DNA of 59,382 nucleotides from Macrostomum lignano (Eukaryota): NCBI GenBank assembly GCA_002269645.1, contig NIVC01000295.1, positions 1 to 59,382 of the forward strand, read 5' to 3'. Shown piece by piece: positions 1 to 34,371 of this stretch (position 1 is its first letter; each line of letters starts with the position of its first letter). The notes under the pieces were generated by a model. It saw only the letters and a program-made list of their open reading frames with translations, ran no database searches and was not told where the DNA came from. The position numbers and the translations under genes were made by a program.

Positions 1-692
1 ATGCTAGCTGCTGTCTCCAGGCGTAGCACGGCCCGTCTCGCTGCGATCAGATTTGGGGTGCACCAGGATTAGCTGTTCTCGGGCCAACTGAGCAATCCGC
101 ACTCCCACAGTGAACTGATCACCAGTTCAAACCTGCTTCTGAACTGGGGTAAAATGCGGGAACGCTCAATCGGCCAAAGCAATTAGTTGGTCGCCGTAGT
201 TGTCCACACTCTCGTTCTTGCCTTGCTGGCAGCTTCGAAATTGCTCCCGGTACTCCAGCGTGTCGGCAACATGTGTAAAACGCTTAGACAATTGTTGTTT
301 GAACTCACCAAAACTCCATCCTGACAACTGCAGGGTAGGCTGTGGCGATGTCCAGATTCACGAGGACCTCTGCCTTCTTTTGTCTGTCGTCATTGATCCC
401 GTTGAGCTTGCATCGCTCTTTGAGAGCCTTGATCCAGATGTCAAATTTCTGGTTGGGCGTGTACCACTGGATCTTGACTGGTTTTGGCGCTGGAGCTCGA
501 TCCTGCTGCTGGGGCTGCTGGCACACATAGTGATGGTGTTGCAGCTGGCCCAGGCTAGTCTGCTCCAGTCTCCGGTGCACCTCGGCGGTCACTGCACAAA
601 TCATCTGTCATAGGTCGGTCTAGTAGTTGAGTTGTCGGGCCTGCGGCGTCGGCTGTTGCATCTGCGGCCGTTGGATCATTAGTTGAAGCCAT
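1..692 (-). mobile_element. gag: Decayed Ty3/gypsy LTR-retrotransposon gag (5' part; continues beyond the left edge of the window)
   Basis: ATG at 692 lies ~45 nt after a tRNA-Leu-type PBS. The broken reading frames give gag-like text (KFDIWIKALKERCKLNGI...; FRSCQQGKNESVDNYGDQLIALA) with frameshifts and stops. Confidence 0.65.
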
Positions 693-737
693 AGTGTAGC
701 ATTTGAACGACTCGTTGAAAGGGTTTTGGCGTTTCGT

Positions 738-758
738 AATCCCACTTAGCTGACACCA
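738..758 (-). other. Primer-binding site complementary to the tRNA-Leu 3' end
   Basis: The minus strand reads ...CCTCA C TGGTGTCAGctAAGTGGGATT. This matches the complement of a tRNA-Leu 3' end (AATCCCACTTCTGACACCA) with a 2-nt insertion, directly after a CA LTR-like end. Confidence 0.65.
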
Positions 759-1052
759 GTGAGGTGGGGGTGGAGAAGAATTGACAAAGTTGAAAGTTGG
801 CCGGTTTTCGTGTAAACCCGGTAGCATTGCATTCGCACAAGTAAAGCCAGAAATTTTGCGCAGGCGAATCACAACGTAATCTTCTCCTTTTACTCCAACA
901 GCCGGGGTCCCCAAGTCCAGGGGAGGGTAGTCATACTCGTAGCAGAGTGGTTGTGTAGCGGCGCGGTCGTTCAAAGCGATGAAAACACTGGAAATGTAGG
1001 CACCGTAGTTAATGTGTCGTTTTGCTGAGCTTATTACTTCCAGTAGGGTAGA

Positions 1053-1068
1053 GCTGCCACCACTGTAA
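1053..1068 (-). other. Second PBS-like site plus LTR 3' terminus
   Basis: The minus strand reads TTACA G TGGTGGCAGC. This is the same PBS type as the gypsy element at 33885-33896. Confidence 0.4.
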
Positions 1069-2237
1069 TTTACGTATTACGGAATGGATCTTTTCTTTAG
1101 CTGAGGAAACTTGGTTATTTTATGCCCCACGGGCAAAAGATTCAAGATAGGCTACGGCTTAAAGTCACATTAATGTATTAATAAATTGAATTGATATTAT
1201 TTCTTTATTTGTTGGGATTTATTGAGCAGGATGAATAGATTATTATTACTGATGAGGATGAGCTTCGGTGGGCCACGGTGCGACAATTAATTAAAATGAA
1301 ATAAAACTAAAAGAGTAAGCAGAAGGAGTACCGAATTAAACTAACACGTCAAAATGGAGGGAAAAGTAGGTGGAGGAGGAGGAGGAGGAGGTGGAGGTGG
1401 AGGTTAAACCAAAACACAAACAGATGCACATTTTATAAGTAAACGTGACGTAAAGTTTGCCACTGGACCAGATTAAGGAAAGCATACGAAACGTCTGGTC
1501 CAGCATGGCAGAGTAATGAAAATACATGCAATTAAATGTGGTATGCAAAAAGGCGAATGAAGGGATAGCAAGTTGGCATGGGGTGGAGATTAAAATATCC
1601 CATTGCGATGGGTGCGTGACAAAATTTTCGGTAACTTGGCCCTACATGGGAAAACAAAAAAATGGCTTGCACTTATCGTAAAAGGAAAAGCACCAAATTT
1701 TGAAAGTTAATAAATGTCTATTAAATTGAATGAGTAAATAAATATTATTTAAACCAGGGGCAGCCACCTGCCACAATATATTATATCTTTTCTAAGAAAT
1801 CAAATCTATGTAAGATGCTTAAAACTAGTTTGTTTAGATGCACCAAATATTTTGTTTTAATATGCTAAATAGTTTGTTTCAATACATGAAATAAATTTGT
1901 ACAATAATTTTGTTATAATTGTATTGGGGAAATGTGGGTATAAATAGTGTCAAATAAACCAACTGCCCACTGCATTACTATCAGTCTATTCTGTGAGCAA
2001 TCATTTGCAAGCAGTTCAACCTATACAATCTTAGAGCTTTCAAGTTAAGAGTTATTCATTTGTCAAAGTTGACGAACAGTTTAAAAAAGTTTGCTTAGAG
2101 AGAGAATTGGGAAGAGATCCAGAGAGAAATACTAAGAGTTTTACTGTGACCCCTTTATCTTAGTAATGCCTGAATTTGGAAAGTACAGATACTAGTACGA
2201 TTGCTCAGGCCAAGATTATTAAAATGCTAGTGTTCCA

Positions 2238-2261
2238 CTATAGCTGTAGCTACAGCTATAG
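2238..2261. repeat. Perfect 24-bp palindrome
   Basis: CTATAGCTGTAG|CTACAGCTATAG, within a region (2230-2830) rich in CTATAG/GCTAC/TATGG motifs. Confidence 0.9.
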
Positions 2262-3578
2262 GATCCTATGGCAAATATGGTAAAATAGGTGCTTACGGCA
2301 GCTACAGATATGCCTACAGTAGCTAGCTGCTCTTATGGCTATGACTATAAGAATATGGTAGTTGCTGTCACATTCTATAGATTCCTAGACATAGTTAGGA
2401 CATAGCCATAGTTATTATTTTAAAAAATTGAAAAAAATACTAGAAACAGGTAGAGTAAAACAAATTTACTTTAGTAAACTATATTATCAACTTAGAAACT
2501 TATAGAATATACCTAATAAAGTACAACAAAATACTAGCAAACTCTAATTTTTATTAATGTGAAAAAGTTTAGCATTAGTACTTTTAGTAGCGATTAAGTA
2601 TTGTTGCTCTATAAAAAAGAAAATATAATCTTACAAAGGCAATCAAATGTTTCTTTTATTTTCTAACCTTATTTGCAGTTGTTTAAGCACTAGTTTATCT
2701 TCTTGATTTAAAAATTTCGGAGTCCCTGCGGCTACAGAATATGGAGATTTGGAATAACCCGTAGTTTTGCTTATGGCTACGGCTATGGTACATGGACCCT
2801 CCTTATGGCAGAACACTAAAAATGCTACCAGAGATGTACTAAAATTATGTGTTACAAAGAAATTTTAAGAAACAAGACTGACATATTAATACCCCTGTAT
2901 CAACTTCAGTAGCTAATCAGTAGGATCAATTCAGAGGATAGACCTAACCACTAGCACAACTTTGGTGTTTGCAGCAAAATTCTTCTAGAAAGCAGAAGCT
3001 TAACACCTACTACAACCTGATAGCATCAATGCGATTCATAAAATTGTTATCAAGAAGAGGAAAAGTGCTATTACAACTTGGTGGCAGCAGTGGGATATTA
3101 AAGACAGGGGAAAACTTAATAAACAAAGAGATAAAAGAAAAAAATGAATACACCAGTTTTTAAGGCAGATATTTTTTATTTGATATTATAACTCAACATT
3201 GAATATCCTTAAGCTCTCTACTAACTAGATGCACATCTTCTAAAGTGATACTTGGCTAAAAATAGGGGTTTTGATTTTATATTCTAAGAGTTATCAGCCA
3301 AGTACATTTTTGTTATTTTAGACTATGTACAAATGTTTTTATTTTAACTTAAGTAATTATTCAAGTGTTAAATCATTGTTAAGGCTATGCATGTACAATT
3401 ATATAGTATTGATGGCTTCTAAAAAATAATTTGCTTCACTGCCTGCTAACAATTTTCAGTTGAATTATTGAACTCAAAACGCACACACGATTGACAAAAT
3501 AGTGATATTTTTTAAAGATAGTTGGTTTACTCAAGGTGCTAGCTATTTAAATATAGATTTGTCAGAGATAGCAGCGAC

Positions 3579-13153
<9,575 letters not shown>

Positions 13154-13989
13154 ACTGTGTTTGGTTTCTATCATTTCAGCGAATTTTTATTGATGTGTGT
13201 ATAAATTGTGTGAATATTGTTTCTTTTTGTTTAAACTGGGTTATAATATTGTGTTCGATGGAAAGGCATCAAGTGAGTTGCAGATTCGTGAAAGAGTCGC
13301 AATACAGTCGTCAAAAGTCACTTTCCACTAAGCCAGAGTTGCTATATATATAGGTGAAATGCGCCTCAAATTGACTCTGGTGACTCTTTAGCGAGTAGTT
13401 ACCGTGACATCTCGTCCTTTTACAGTCGTTTCGATGGGTGTGTACCGCACCTCAAGCTTCACGTCAAATTTCAGCTTGGTTTTTAAAAAAATTAAATTTG
13501 CAGCCAAAGAGAAATTAATAGATTGGTATGAAAAATTTGAATACGATACATAATAAACTGTTATTTACATTTCATGCCACAACGCTGTGTATCATTGTTA
13601 AATGTTCACATTATAACGGTTATAGAGACCAGTATATATGCATACGCATACATTATTTTTTCGCCTGACTACATATCAATCATTGTACAGTACATCATTA
13701 TTTGGTTTTGCACTTTCAGTTTTTTAATCAGTTTTTGTTTCTTGAAAGCTGTAAATAAAATTGTCTACTAATTTTTATTCATCTGCAGATTTATCGTGAA
13801 AAAAGTCTCAAAGGATTTCTAAATGTTTAGTGTATAAATGATGAATATTTTGAAAACTAATCTTAATACCGCTACCGAAAATTATTGAAAAAAAAGAACT
13901 TGTAGTAGTGAAGTTTTCACTTTCTATATATATTAGAGCTCCCCAGTGCTCGGTGTAATGTGGCACAGAGCATCAGTTCTCAATCTATC

Positions 13990-14505
13990 GTGGTAGGGAG
14001 CCCCATTGCCCACTGTAAAGTGGTAAAGAGCCCTATTGCCCAGTGTAATGTGGTAGAGAGCCCCATTCCATGGTATAATGTAGTAGAGAGCCTCATTTCC
14101 CAGTGTAATGTTGTAGAGAGCCCCATCCCCTGGTATAGTGTGGTAGAGAGCCCCATTTCCCAGTGTATTATGATAGAGAGCCCCATTGCCCAGTGTAATG
14201 TGGTAGAGACCCCCATCCCCTGGTATAGTGTGGTAGAGAGCCCCATTTCCCAGTGTATTATGATAGAGAGCCCCATTGCCCAGTGTAATGTGGTAGAGAC
14301 CCCCATCCCCTGGTATAGTGTGGTAGAGAGCCCCATTGCGCAGTTTAATGTAGTAGAAAGCCTTATTGCCCAGTGTAGAGCCCCATTACCCAGTGTAATG
14401 TGATAGAGAGCCCCATTTCCCAGTGTAATGTGGTAGAAGGCCCCATTTCCCAGTGTAATGTGGTAGAAGGCCCCATTGCTGAGTGTAATGTGATAGAGAG
14501 CCCCA
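13990..14505. repeat. 30-bp minisatellite downstream of MRTF
   Basis: Unit CCCCATTGCCCAGTGTAATGTGGTAGAGAG, about 17 copies with variant blocks. Confidence 0.93.
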
Positions 14506-16015
14506 GTTATAATCTGTTTCTAGGAAATATGCTTTTAGCTATATTGTAACTGAAAAAAATTACGTAAATAAGGTTTTCGAATCTCTATTCTCATTGGCCA
14601 GCAAAATCGACTTCTTGTGTGTTTTACTTTCTTCTTCTTCATCACTAAAAATAGTTTTTTAGTATCTATTCGTAGCAGACCTTGTTATTACTATCGACGT
14701 ATTAAATTTTACATCAGACAACGAGCAAATAGTTTAAACAATTGTACTTTTGTCTAGGTTTTATTAAATAATTTTATAACACCCAGTGACTGAGTGCCGC
14801 AGAGCCGCCACACTTACCTTCTTTTAATATTTTTGTGTGTACACATTTTTGTAATAAACAAATTTATCAGTTACTACTACTACTAATAACAGCAAGTGTT
14901 GCATTCATAATTTTGACATTGTGTTTAATGGTGACTCATTCCACGGAGTTCGTTTTAACAAAATTATTCTTTGTCGTGTATTTTGTAATTACAACAAACG
15001 CAGTTTTGGGACTCTTTAGACGAAAAATGTTTTTCTCCTGTTTTTCCTCTTAGTTGATTTCTCTGTGCTTGTGCGATTCTGGGCTGTTTTTTCATCTACT
15101 TATAAATGAGAAGCTTTATTCTTTCGAAAAAATCGATAAACATTTAAAATAAATATTAATTCGACTCAAATCAGCAGATATACAGTCTTCAATTCACAGC
15201 GCAAACTTTTATTTCTAAAGTTTGTTGAATTCAAAAAAAGTATTGTTGAAAGTTCTGCGTGTGTCCAGGGGTCAGTGTTATAAAAATAAGTGTTAATCAG
15301 TGTTAATAGTACTATATTACAATATTACATGCATTTTACGTTAAAAAAATAAATTATAGGAATTTTTTTTATAAACTACTAACAGTACAAATTTACTGAA
15401 CAAAACTTTAATAATAAAATGAATATGTTGAAGATGACAGAACAGTCCGTGATCTTTTTTTAGCGAAGAGATGAGAGGGGAGAGGAGACAGAAGGGACGA
15501 CATGCGTGTAAACCTTGAGTGAAGTTTTAGATGACACCCAGGGTCTATTAGCTTTAAACAAAGTTCCATACATAGCGATTTTAATATCATAGTAAGCGGG
15601 CCCTTGTACTTACTAAAGCTTTTGTTTGTGGCCAAAACCGAAAAATCTTATCAAGCATCAAATTGTTTTTCATACCCAAATATGCCCCATACGAAAGTAG
15701 CCCGCATGCATTTCTGAGAGTGGAAGCTTGCATGTAAACATAAAAAAAGCAAACCAACGTAAGACTAGTACTTAGTAATGCGCGTATTTTTGGAAACAAT
15801 TTTTAAATGACGTAATGATTACATATACGAGTAATTGCAATATGCAACAATAAAGATGTAAGACATTTATTGCAATTAATAACCTTGAATCACATTAGGC
15901 CATAGACATAATTTACGGTTTAAAGATGTTGACAACTTGTTACTTTCGGTTAACGCAGATGAGTCGGAAAGAAGCTGTTATAATAAAGTTGAGTATAAAT
16001 AATGATTAGTTAACC

Positions 16016-19682
<3,667 letters not shown>

Positions 19683-20194
19683 CGGAGCTCAAGTAGCTAA
19701 TTGCTGTATTCACATGTGACTTTTCTTACGGTAAACTTTCTGGGAAATGGGCTTTAAGGCTTCTAAAGTAACGCCAGCTTTCAACATTTGACTTAGGAGG
19801 CTGTATGCCAAGTATTTTGACGACATTTTAGAGTAGTTTTAATATTTATTTTTAATTTTTTTCAAAGTGAATAACTGCTTTCGCTCAGTCTAGAGAACTG
19901 AATAGTACATGTATTCTGGACTATTGAATAGATATGATTTTAATGCGAATGTTTAGTTAGAATTTAGTCTACATGCTGTTGAAGTTTTTATTTTTTATAA
20001 ATAAAAGAATTAACTTTGACTTTTAAATCCTGCAAAACAACATTTTTGTTAACTTGAAGGTCACTTTTGTTTTTTTTGTATATAACTTTAATTATTTGCT
20101 TGAACCCGATCAAAAATTTCGAATTGTACAGTAGCTGTACGTCAATTAAAATTGCTAATAAAAAATTACGTGAACACGAAATTACAGGTACGTA

Positions 20195-20460
20195 GGCTGG
20201 ATTCCAAGTGCAGTCACATAAATTGGGGGCTAAAATGGAATCTCGGCCTGGCTCTGCTCGTGTAATTAACGCCATTCAGGCTCAACCCCCAAGGCACAGT
20301 GAAGTGTACATGCCTAACGATAAATAAAGTTAGGGCCGCTGTACACTCCTGTGTGAGTGAGTGCCTGTGCGTATGACTGCGTACGTATCCGCGAGCTTGT
20401 GTGCCTGCCCAGGGGAGTCGGCGTAATGGGCACTAATGCCTCTCGCCGGTTGTGTGACAA
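20195..20460 (-). mobile_element. Dispersed repeat (solo-LTR-like or MITE-like), copy 1
   Basis: Aligns in inverted orientation with 45572-45830 over ~260 bp; both copies begin ATTGTCACAC. Confidence 0.75.
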
Positions 20461-20714
20461 TTGAAGTGACAGTTGATTGGTTTGTGAGCCATCGGACTGC
20501 AAGGCGGGGAGCTAACCGAGCTGCATCGGCCGAAGCCGATGACTGAGAGCACTGCCGGCCCCTCGCCGGTGAAGCTGCCTCGCTATCCGTTCGACAAGAG
20601 GCCTGCCACCAGCTCGACTCGAAGGGGGGAGATGAAGTGACAGTTGATTGGTTCGTGAGTAGGTAACTGTGTGGGGTTCGTTTGCATAAGTTCGCTCAGT
20701 CACTTTGTTTGCAT

Positions 20715-23655
20715 TGTTACGCTCCTTCCCGAGTTCTTGATGTACCTAAATTGAACTCGCTGCTCCGGAAGTACGAGCTAGCTAGATAGTACCGTTTTAC
20801 TACCTATCGATTTGCCTGAAAGGAACCTAAAACGTTAGCCTTAGTCTCGGTAGGGTTGCTGCCACCTTGGTTTGCGGACTCGACGCGTCGGCAGAGTTGT
20901 CTATCCGTAACCTGAAATATAATAACGAAGTCGTTCGGAGCAAGGCAAATCTGAAAATGTCTCGACAGTTGATCGCTCCTAAAGCTGCTGCTCGAACCTG
21001 AAAACCTGAAATGAGAGAGGAGAGCTCGGAGGCAGAAAGGCAGCTCCGTTCGCCGGACGGACGCGATGGTAGTTCATCGCCAGAGCCTCCTCCTTGTGCC
21101 CACTTCAGACTATCCTATTTCAGATCTTGAAGGACCAGCGGACCCGAAGCATCAACGCCGAGTTCGACAGGCTGACATCGGAGCTGCGACACTCCCTGCC
21201 ATCTCTGAGGACTCTGACGAAGAGGAAGACGACCTGGACACGAGACGCGCCTACCGCTGGCGACTCAGTTCAGCTGCTAATCCAGGCGTGCGCCCAACAG
21301 AAGTCCGCATCCACGAACCAGAAGTTATGGAGAGGAGAGTAGAGCTTGAGTCACTGCCGTATAATTCTTGCAACGCTCCATCCGCTCCTACAGTTGAAAC
21401 GCTGAGGCGAACTGAAAGTAGAAATAGCGATAGGATTATCTTATAGACTGATACGATAAATCAATGTCATAGTCTTGTTTTGTCGGCCAATGTGCCATCC
21501 ACCAGTCAAGTTGAATGGGCCGTCAATGACAGGCCAGTAAGGGCTCGAAAGGAACCTGACCGTTTGGTTCTCAAACCAAAGTCAAAATCCTACTTAAGCC
21601 GCTTAATTAAATTCTTTCGCCGGCCTCGTGCCTGTTCTAGCGCTGAAAAGCAAAACTAAAACCAACATGACCGGCAAAGAGAACAGAAAGCGTCGCGATC
21701 GCGAGCCCTCCAGGACGTTTTCGCCGGCCCGTGGGCGCAAACGCACGCGACCCGCCCCGCCAGCTCGCAGGATCCGTGTCATCCCGGCTCCGAACCAGGA
21801 CCCGGCTCGCACGCGACGCAGCCGCTGGGATGCCCATTCCCTGGGGGATGCAAGTATAGAGTATAAGGATGCTAATCAACCGATATTTAGGGACTATCGT
21901 AGGAACTATTAGGAATAGGACTTAGGTTTAGGTTAGAAATTAGGGAATTGCACTGTTATCAGAGCGTGGTGGAGTGTAGCAGTTGTGGACAGCTGCACTC
22001 TTACAAAAAGCCACAAGCGCTCGAGGACGGCATTGCAAAGGGCGAGTGCAGGCCGCCCTAAAAGTCTGCTTCCACTTTAAAGGGGTTGTATGCCTTTATG
22101 TGGGGTGGGGTTCAATTACATTTTTAAACAGAGACATTTCAGAAGTCGAACGAGACAGGGAGACAGTCAGAATCGGCCGGAATCGAATTGCGACGATGAC
22201 TGGAAGACGTGGGAAGTGATAACGCAGACAGTTTCACAGGGACTTCTTCTGAGAAATTTACTATAAATAAGCGAGGGGTTAAATGTCTAAATCTTTACTC
22301 TTTTCACTCTCTCTATACTAACTATTGAATTGCTTAAACAACTAGTTTGCCAAATCGTGCCGATCGCTTCTGCAGAAACCAGCTGTGAACGGAGGGTAAA
22401 ACTGAGCACTGCCATGACTATAGATTTCTGAATATTAGCATATTGGTCTCAGACCAAGTAGATAGGCGTAAGATATATCCATTATTCATCTATTATACGT
22501 ATATAATAGATTAATAAGAGTATTCGGGTAGCTTAGTTATACCGAAGTGTCTCAGACTTATTCTTCCTGCTTGTAGCTCGCTTATTTGCTTACTTACTTA
22601 TTTATACAAACATTAAAAATGCAGTATTAAATATAATTATATGGTTAATCGGAAAATAGCATCCAAGCATATTCTACCTCGTTTGAGTTATTATTAATCA
22701 TATGTAAGGTTCTAGTTAGCGGCCGGCTAGACCCTTATATAAAAGTGCGCCGACTCGCACCTTTGCAGCCACCTCAGCTAAGTGACCGACTAGCTGTCGC
22801 TAGAGAACGAGCGGCTGCCATCCGGCTCCGTTTGGACCCGCCCATGGCGATCACAGCGGAGGCTCGGCTACCGGCCGCAGAGGAAGCTCGAGGAGCCGCA
22901 GCCCCGCAGAAACCGTTGCCGGAGCAGCCGATCCATGGCTCGTCCGCTCTGCCACAATCGCCACCGGCGCAGCCGACCCGCGAACCAGCTGCGCACAGCT
23001 CGCCCGTTCAGCAGCAACTGCAAGGGAGTGGCAACTTCTCCGACCTGATTGGCAGCGTGTCCAGCTCACTGAGGAACCTAGCGAAGAGCTGCTGCCGCCG
23101 ATCCAGGAGTTGCTGGCTCCAGGCGCGCAGGCCCCACGAGAAGCGAACCAAGCGGACCTTTTAGACCCGAGGGTGGACACGTTGCGAACGCCGCCTCCTG
23201 CTCAGTCGCCGCCAGCTCTCCACCTAGGCGTTCTGACGCCGTCGCCGCAGCCTGACGCCGTCAACTTGGACGACTATCCGACGCCACCTACGCCTCCCTT
23301 GCTGCGCTTTCGCCGCCCTTCGCCAGTTCTGTTGCCTCCTAGGCTCTTCAGTCAAACCGAGCTGGCCGAAGCCATCAGCGCCGCCATCCGGGCCAGGCCT
23401 CAGCAAGCTGATGCGACGACCCAAGTCGATCATCTGGGCTTCATCAGTAACGAAAGCATAAGCGCGCTGACGGAGCTGCTCGTGAAGGCCGGCCTCAAGG
23501 TGGAAGCAACCCTACCAAAACTGAGGCTAACGTTTTAGATTCTTTTCAGGCAAATCGATAGGTACATCTAGTACAACGGTACTATCTAGCTACTTCCGGA
23601 GCAGCGAGTTCAAATTTTAGGTACATCGTACAAGAACCCGGGAAGGGGCGTAACA
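20715..23655. mobile_element. 2.9-kb element bounded by ~155-bp terminal inverted repeats (Ginger-like, probably non-autonomous)
   Basis: 20715-20869 is the reverse complement of 23496-23655 with scattered mismatches. Termini are TGTTACG...CGTAACA and flanks are GCAT/GCAG. Internally there is an integrase-tail-like motif RPVRARKEPDRL (~21530-21570) and a Pro-rich split ORF at 22745-23538. Confidence 0.6.
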
Positions 23656-23926
23656 GCAGCTTGCGATCTGCGTGTACTCTACTCTGTTCAATGTGCATCA
23701 TTGCTCTAGCCATTGCCTCGCCCCTTAAGTCTCTACCATTTTGTACCCTCTCCACTCACTTAGCCAGTGCATCAGTGAAATTCAATATTTACAATATTTA
23801 AGCTACTGCTCTCGGTGTTTAACTCGTCAAGTAACTTTGGCTATTCTACAAATACATCGCCAGCATTCACATTAGTTATTAAACAACAATCAGCTCCTGA
23901 CTTTCGCGTCACGTCAACAATGTCGC

Positions 23927-24857
23927 TTAAAGTGCGCCAGGGTGCACACAGCCCCAGCGCCTAATTCCAATCTTAAAAAAGCATTCAATGCAATTTTTTC
24001 TAGACGGATGTTTCTCCACCTCAGGTAGAGCGCTTGGATCTGTTAAGGGACTGATGCGGACTGATAAACCAATATGACCAAAAAAGCTTAAAAAAATCAC
24101 TTTCTAACACCCACAAACTTGTCATTGCCACTGAGCAGGCAATCAAACAAACAACAACAACAACAGAGTACGCTGTCAGTTCGCAAAAGCAGCGTCAGAT
24201 GGCGCGCTTCGAAGCTTGGGCGCGAACAAAGGCCGCACCGCCGGCAGAGTCCGGGGCGCCGGTGTCAGCCAGCAGACAGTCGACGTAGCGCCGAGTCCTC
24301 GCCTGTCCCCGCCGGTAGGGTGCCTGCAACGTAAGTAGCAGCACCTCCTGCACCGGCTCCGGACAGTAGGCCTCGGCGCGGATGACGTGGCCTGCAAGCT
24401 GGAGTCGCCGACGGCGCAGCAGATCGCTAGGACGGGCCAGGCCGGCGCGATGATAGAGCGCCGTGTTGGTGACTCGCTCGTTGCCGATCTTGAAGACGGC
24501 GCGCAGCAGGCCAGTGTGCGCCGCGTCGACTTGAGCCTCGAGCGAGTCTGTCAGCGTCCAGGTCTCGGCGTTGTATAACAGGACGGTCTCGATCACCGCC
24601 TGGAACAGCGCCGCCCTCTGGCGGTCCGGTAGGGCCTCGGACTGCAGGACTGACCTTATAGAACGAAAGGCAGCCCAGGCAAGTCCTCGGCGACGCCGCA
24701 GATCCTCGCGGACGTCGGGAACCAGACCGCCGAGGTAGACGAACTGCTGACATCTTGGAAGCTCACTCGCCTGTCCGTCAGCGCCTCGGCAGAAGATTGC
24801 AGCCTCGGTGTCAAAGTCAAAGGCAATCAAAATAAGCCAAAAAAACTGAACCGCCAT
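23927..24857 (-). pseudogene. Putative small secreted peptide gene interrupted by the RTE insertion
   Basis: Removing the LINE and one TSD gives MAVQFFWLILIACSVAMT. Splicing a 58-nt GTTTGT...TTTATCAG intron (24118-24061) adds IRISPLTDPSALPEVEKHPSRKNCIECFFKIGIRRWGCVHPGAL* (62 aa in total). No homology support. Confidence 0.3.
24148..24820 (-). mobile_element. 5'-truncated RTE-clade LINE (C-terminal part of the RT ORF) with an 11-bp TSD
   Basis: ORF text FVYLG..LAWAAF..LFQAVIETVLLYNAETWTLT..RRRRLQLAGHVIR. A (TTG)n 3' tail lies at ~24148-24166. Direct repeat AGGCAATCAAA at 24137-24147 and 24821-24831. Confidence 0.9.
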
Positions 24858-25367
24858 TTAATAACGTATTTTTCTACTGTTTTGACTAAAATCAACTTTA
24901 AAGCGAAGATGCAAAGTTACTCGGCGTTTCGTCGACTGAGGTTCACTGTGTTCGTATCGCCCTGTTTCTTTCTATCCCTACCGTCTTAATTAATCATTTA
25001 GCCATCATTATATAGTAATAGAATATCGAACTAAACTGCTACTTCCAGGAAAGCAGGAATTTGACATATGACAGTTGACTGTGTTGAAAGAAATGGTGCA
25101 TAATGCCATAAGCTTGTCACAGATTTTCAATTCAAAGCAGCCAGCATTTGATCACTTTTTCTCAAGTAAGGAGTCGACGATAATTAGGGTTTATTTTTAT
25201 TATCCCTGCTCACTCTTGGCCATAGAACCGAACTCTAGGAGTTAAAGATGCGATAACGTCAATTGAGTTGGTCTAATTTGACTTCAAACAGTTAGCGTAA
25301 CAGAGTGGGACAAAGAATCAGTTTAGCACTAACGTCTGTTCATTTTTAGCATTAAATTTCAACAAAC

Positions 25368-34371
<9,004 letters not shown>

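Noticed and set aside
200-613. Plus-strand 137-aa ORF
   Set aside because: Antisense shadow of the decayed gag.
1245-1310. Hammerhead ribozyme core CTGATGA (also 35832, 42541)
   Set aside because: No closing stem II with GAAA or stem I/III pairing was found.
13960-14403. 147-aa and 118-aa ORFs over the 30-bp repeat
   Set aside because: Both strands are open because the unit is a multiple of 3; no flanking gene structure.
14835-15799. Hydrophobic 70-75-aa ORFs
   Set aside because: AT-rich composition with non-ATG starts, no splice or homology support.
21900-21950. TTAGG/TTAGGG words as interstitial telomere
   Set aside because: Only scattered single words, no tandem array.
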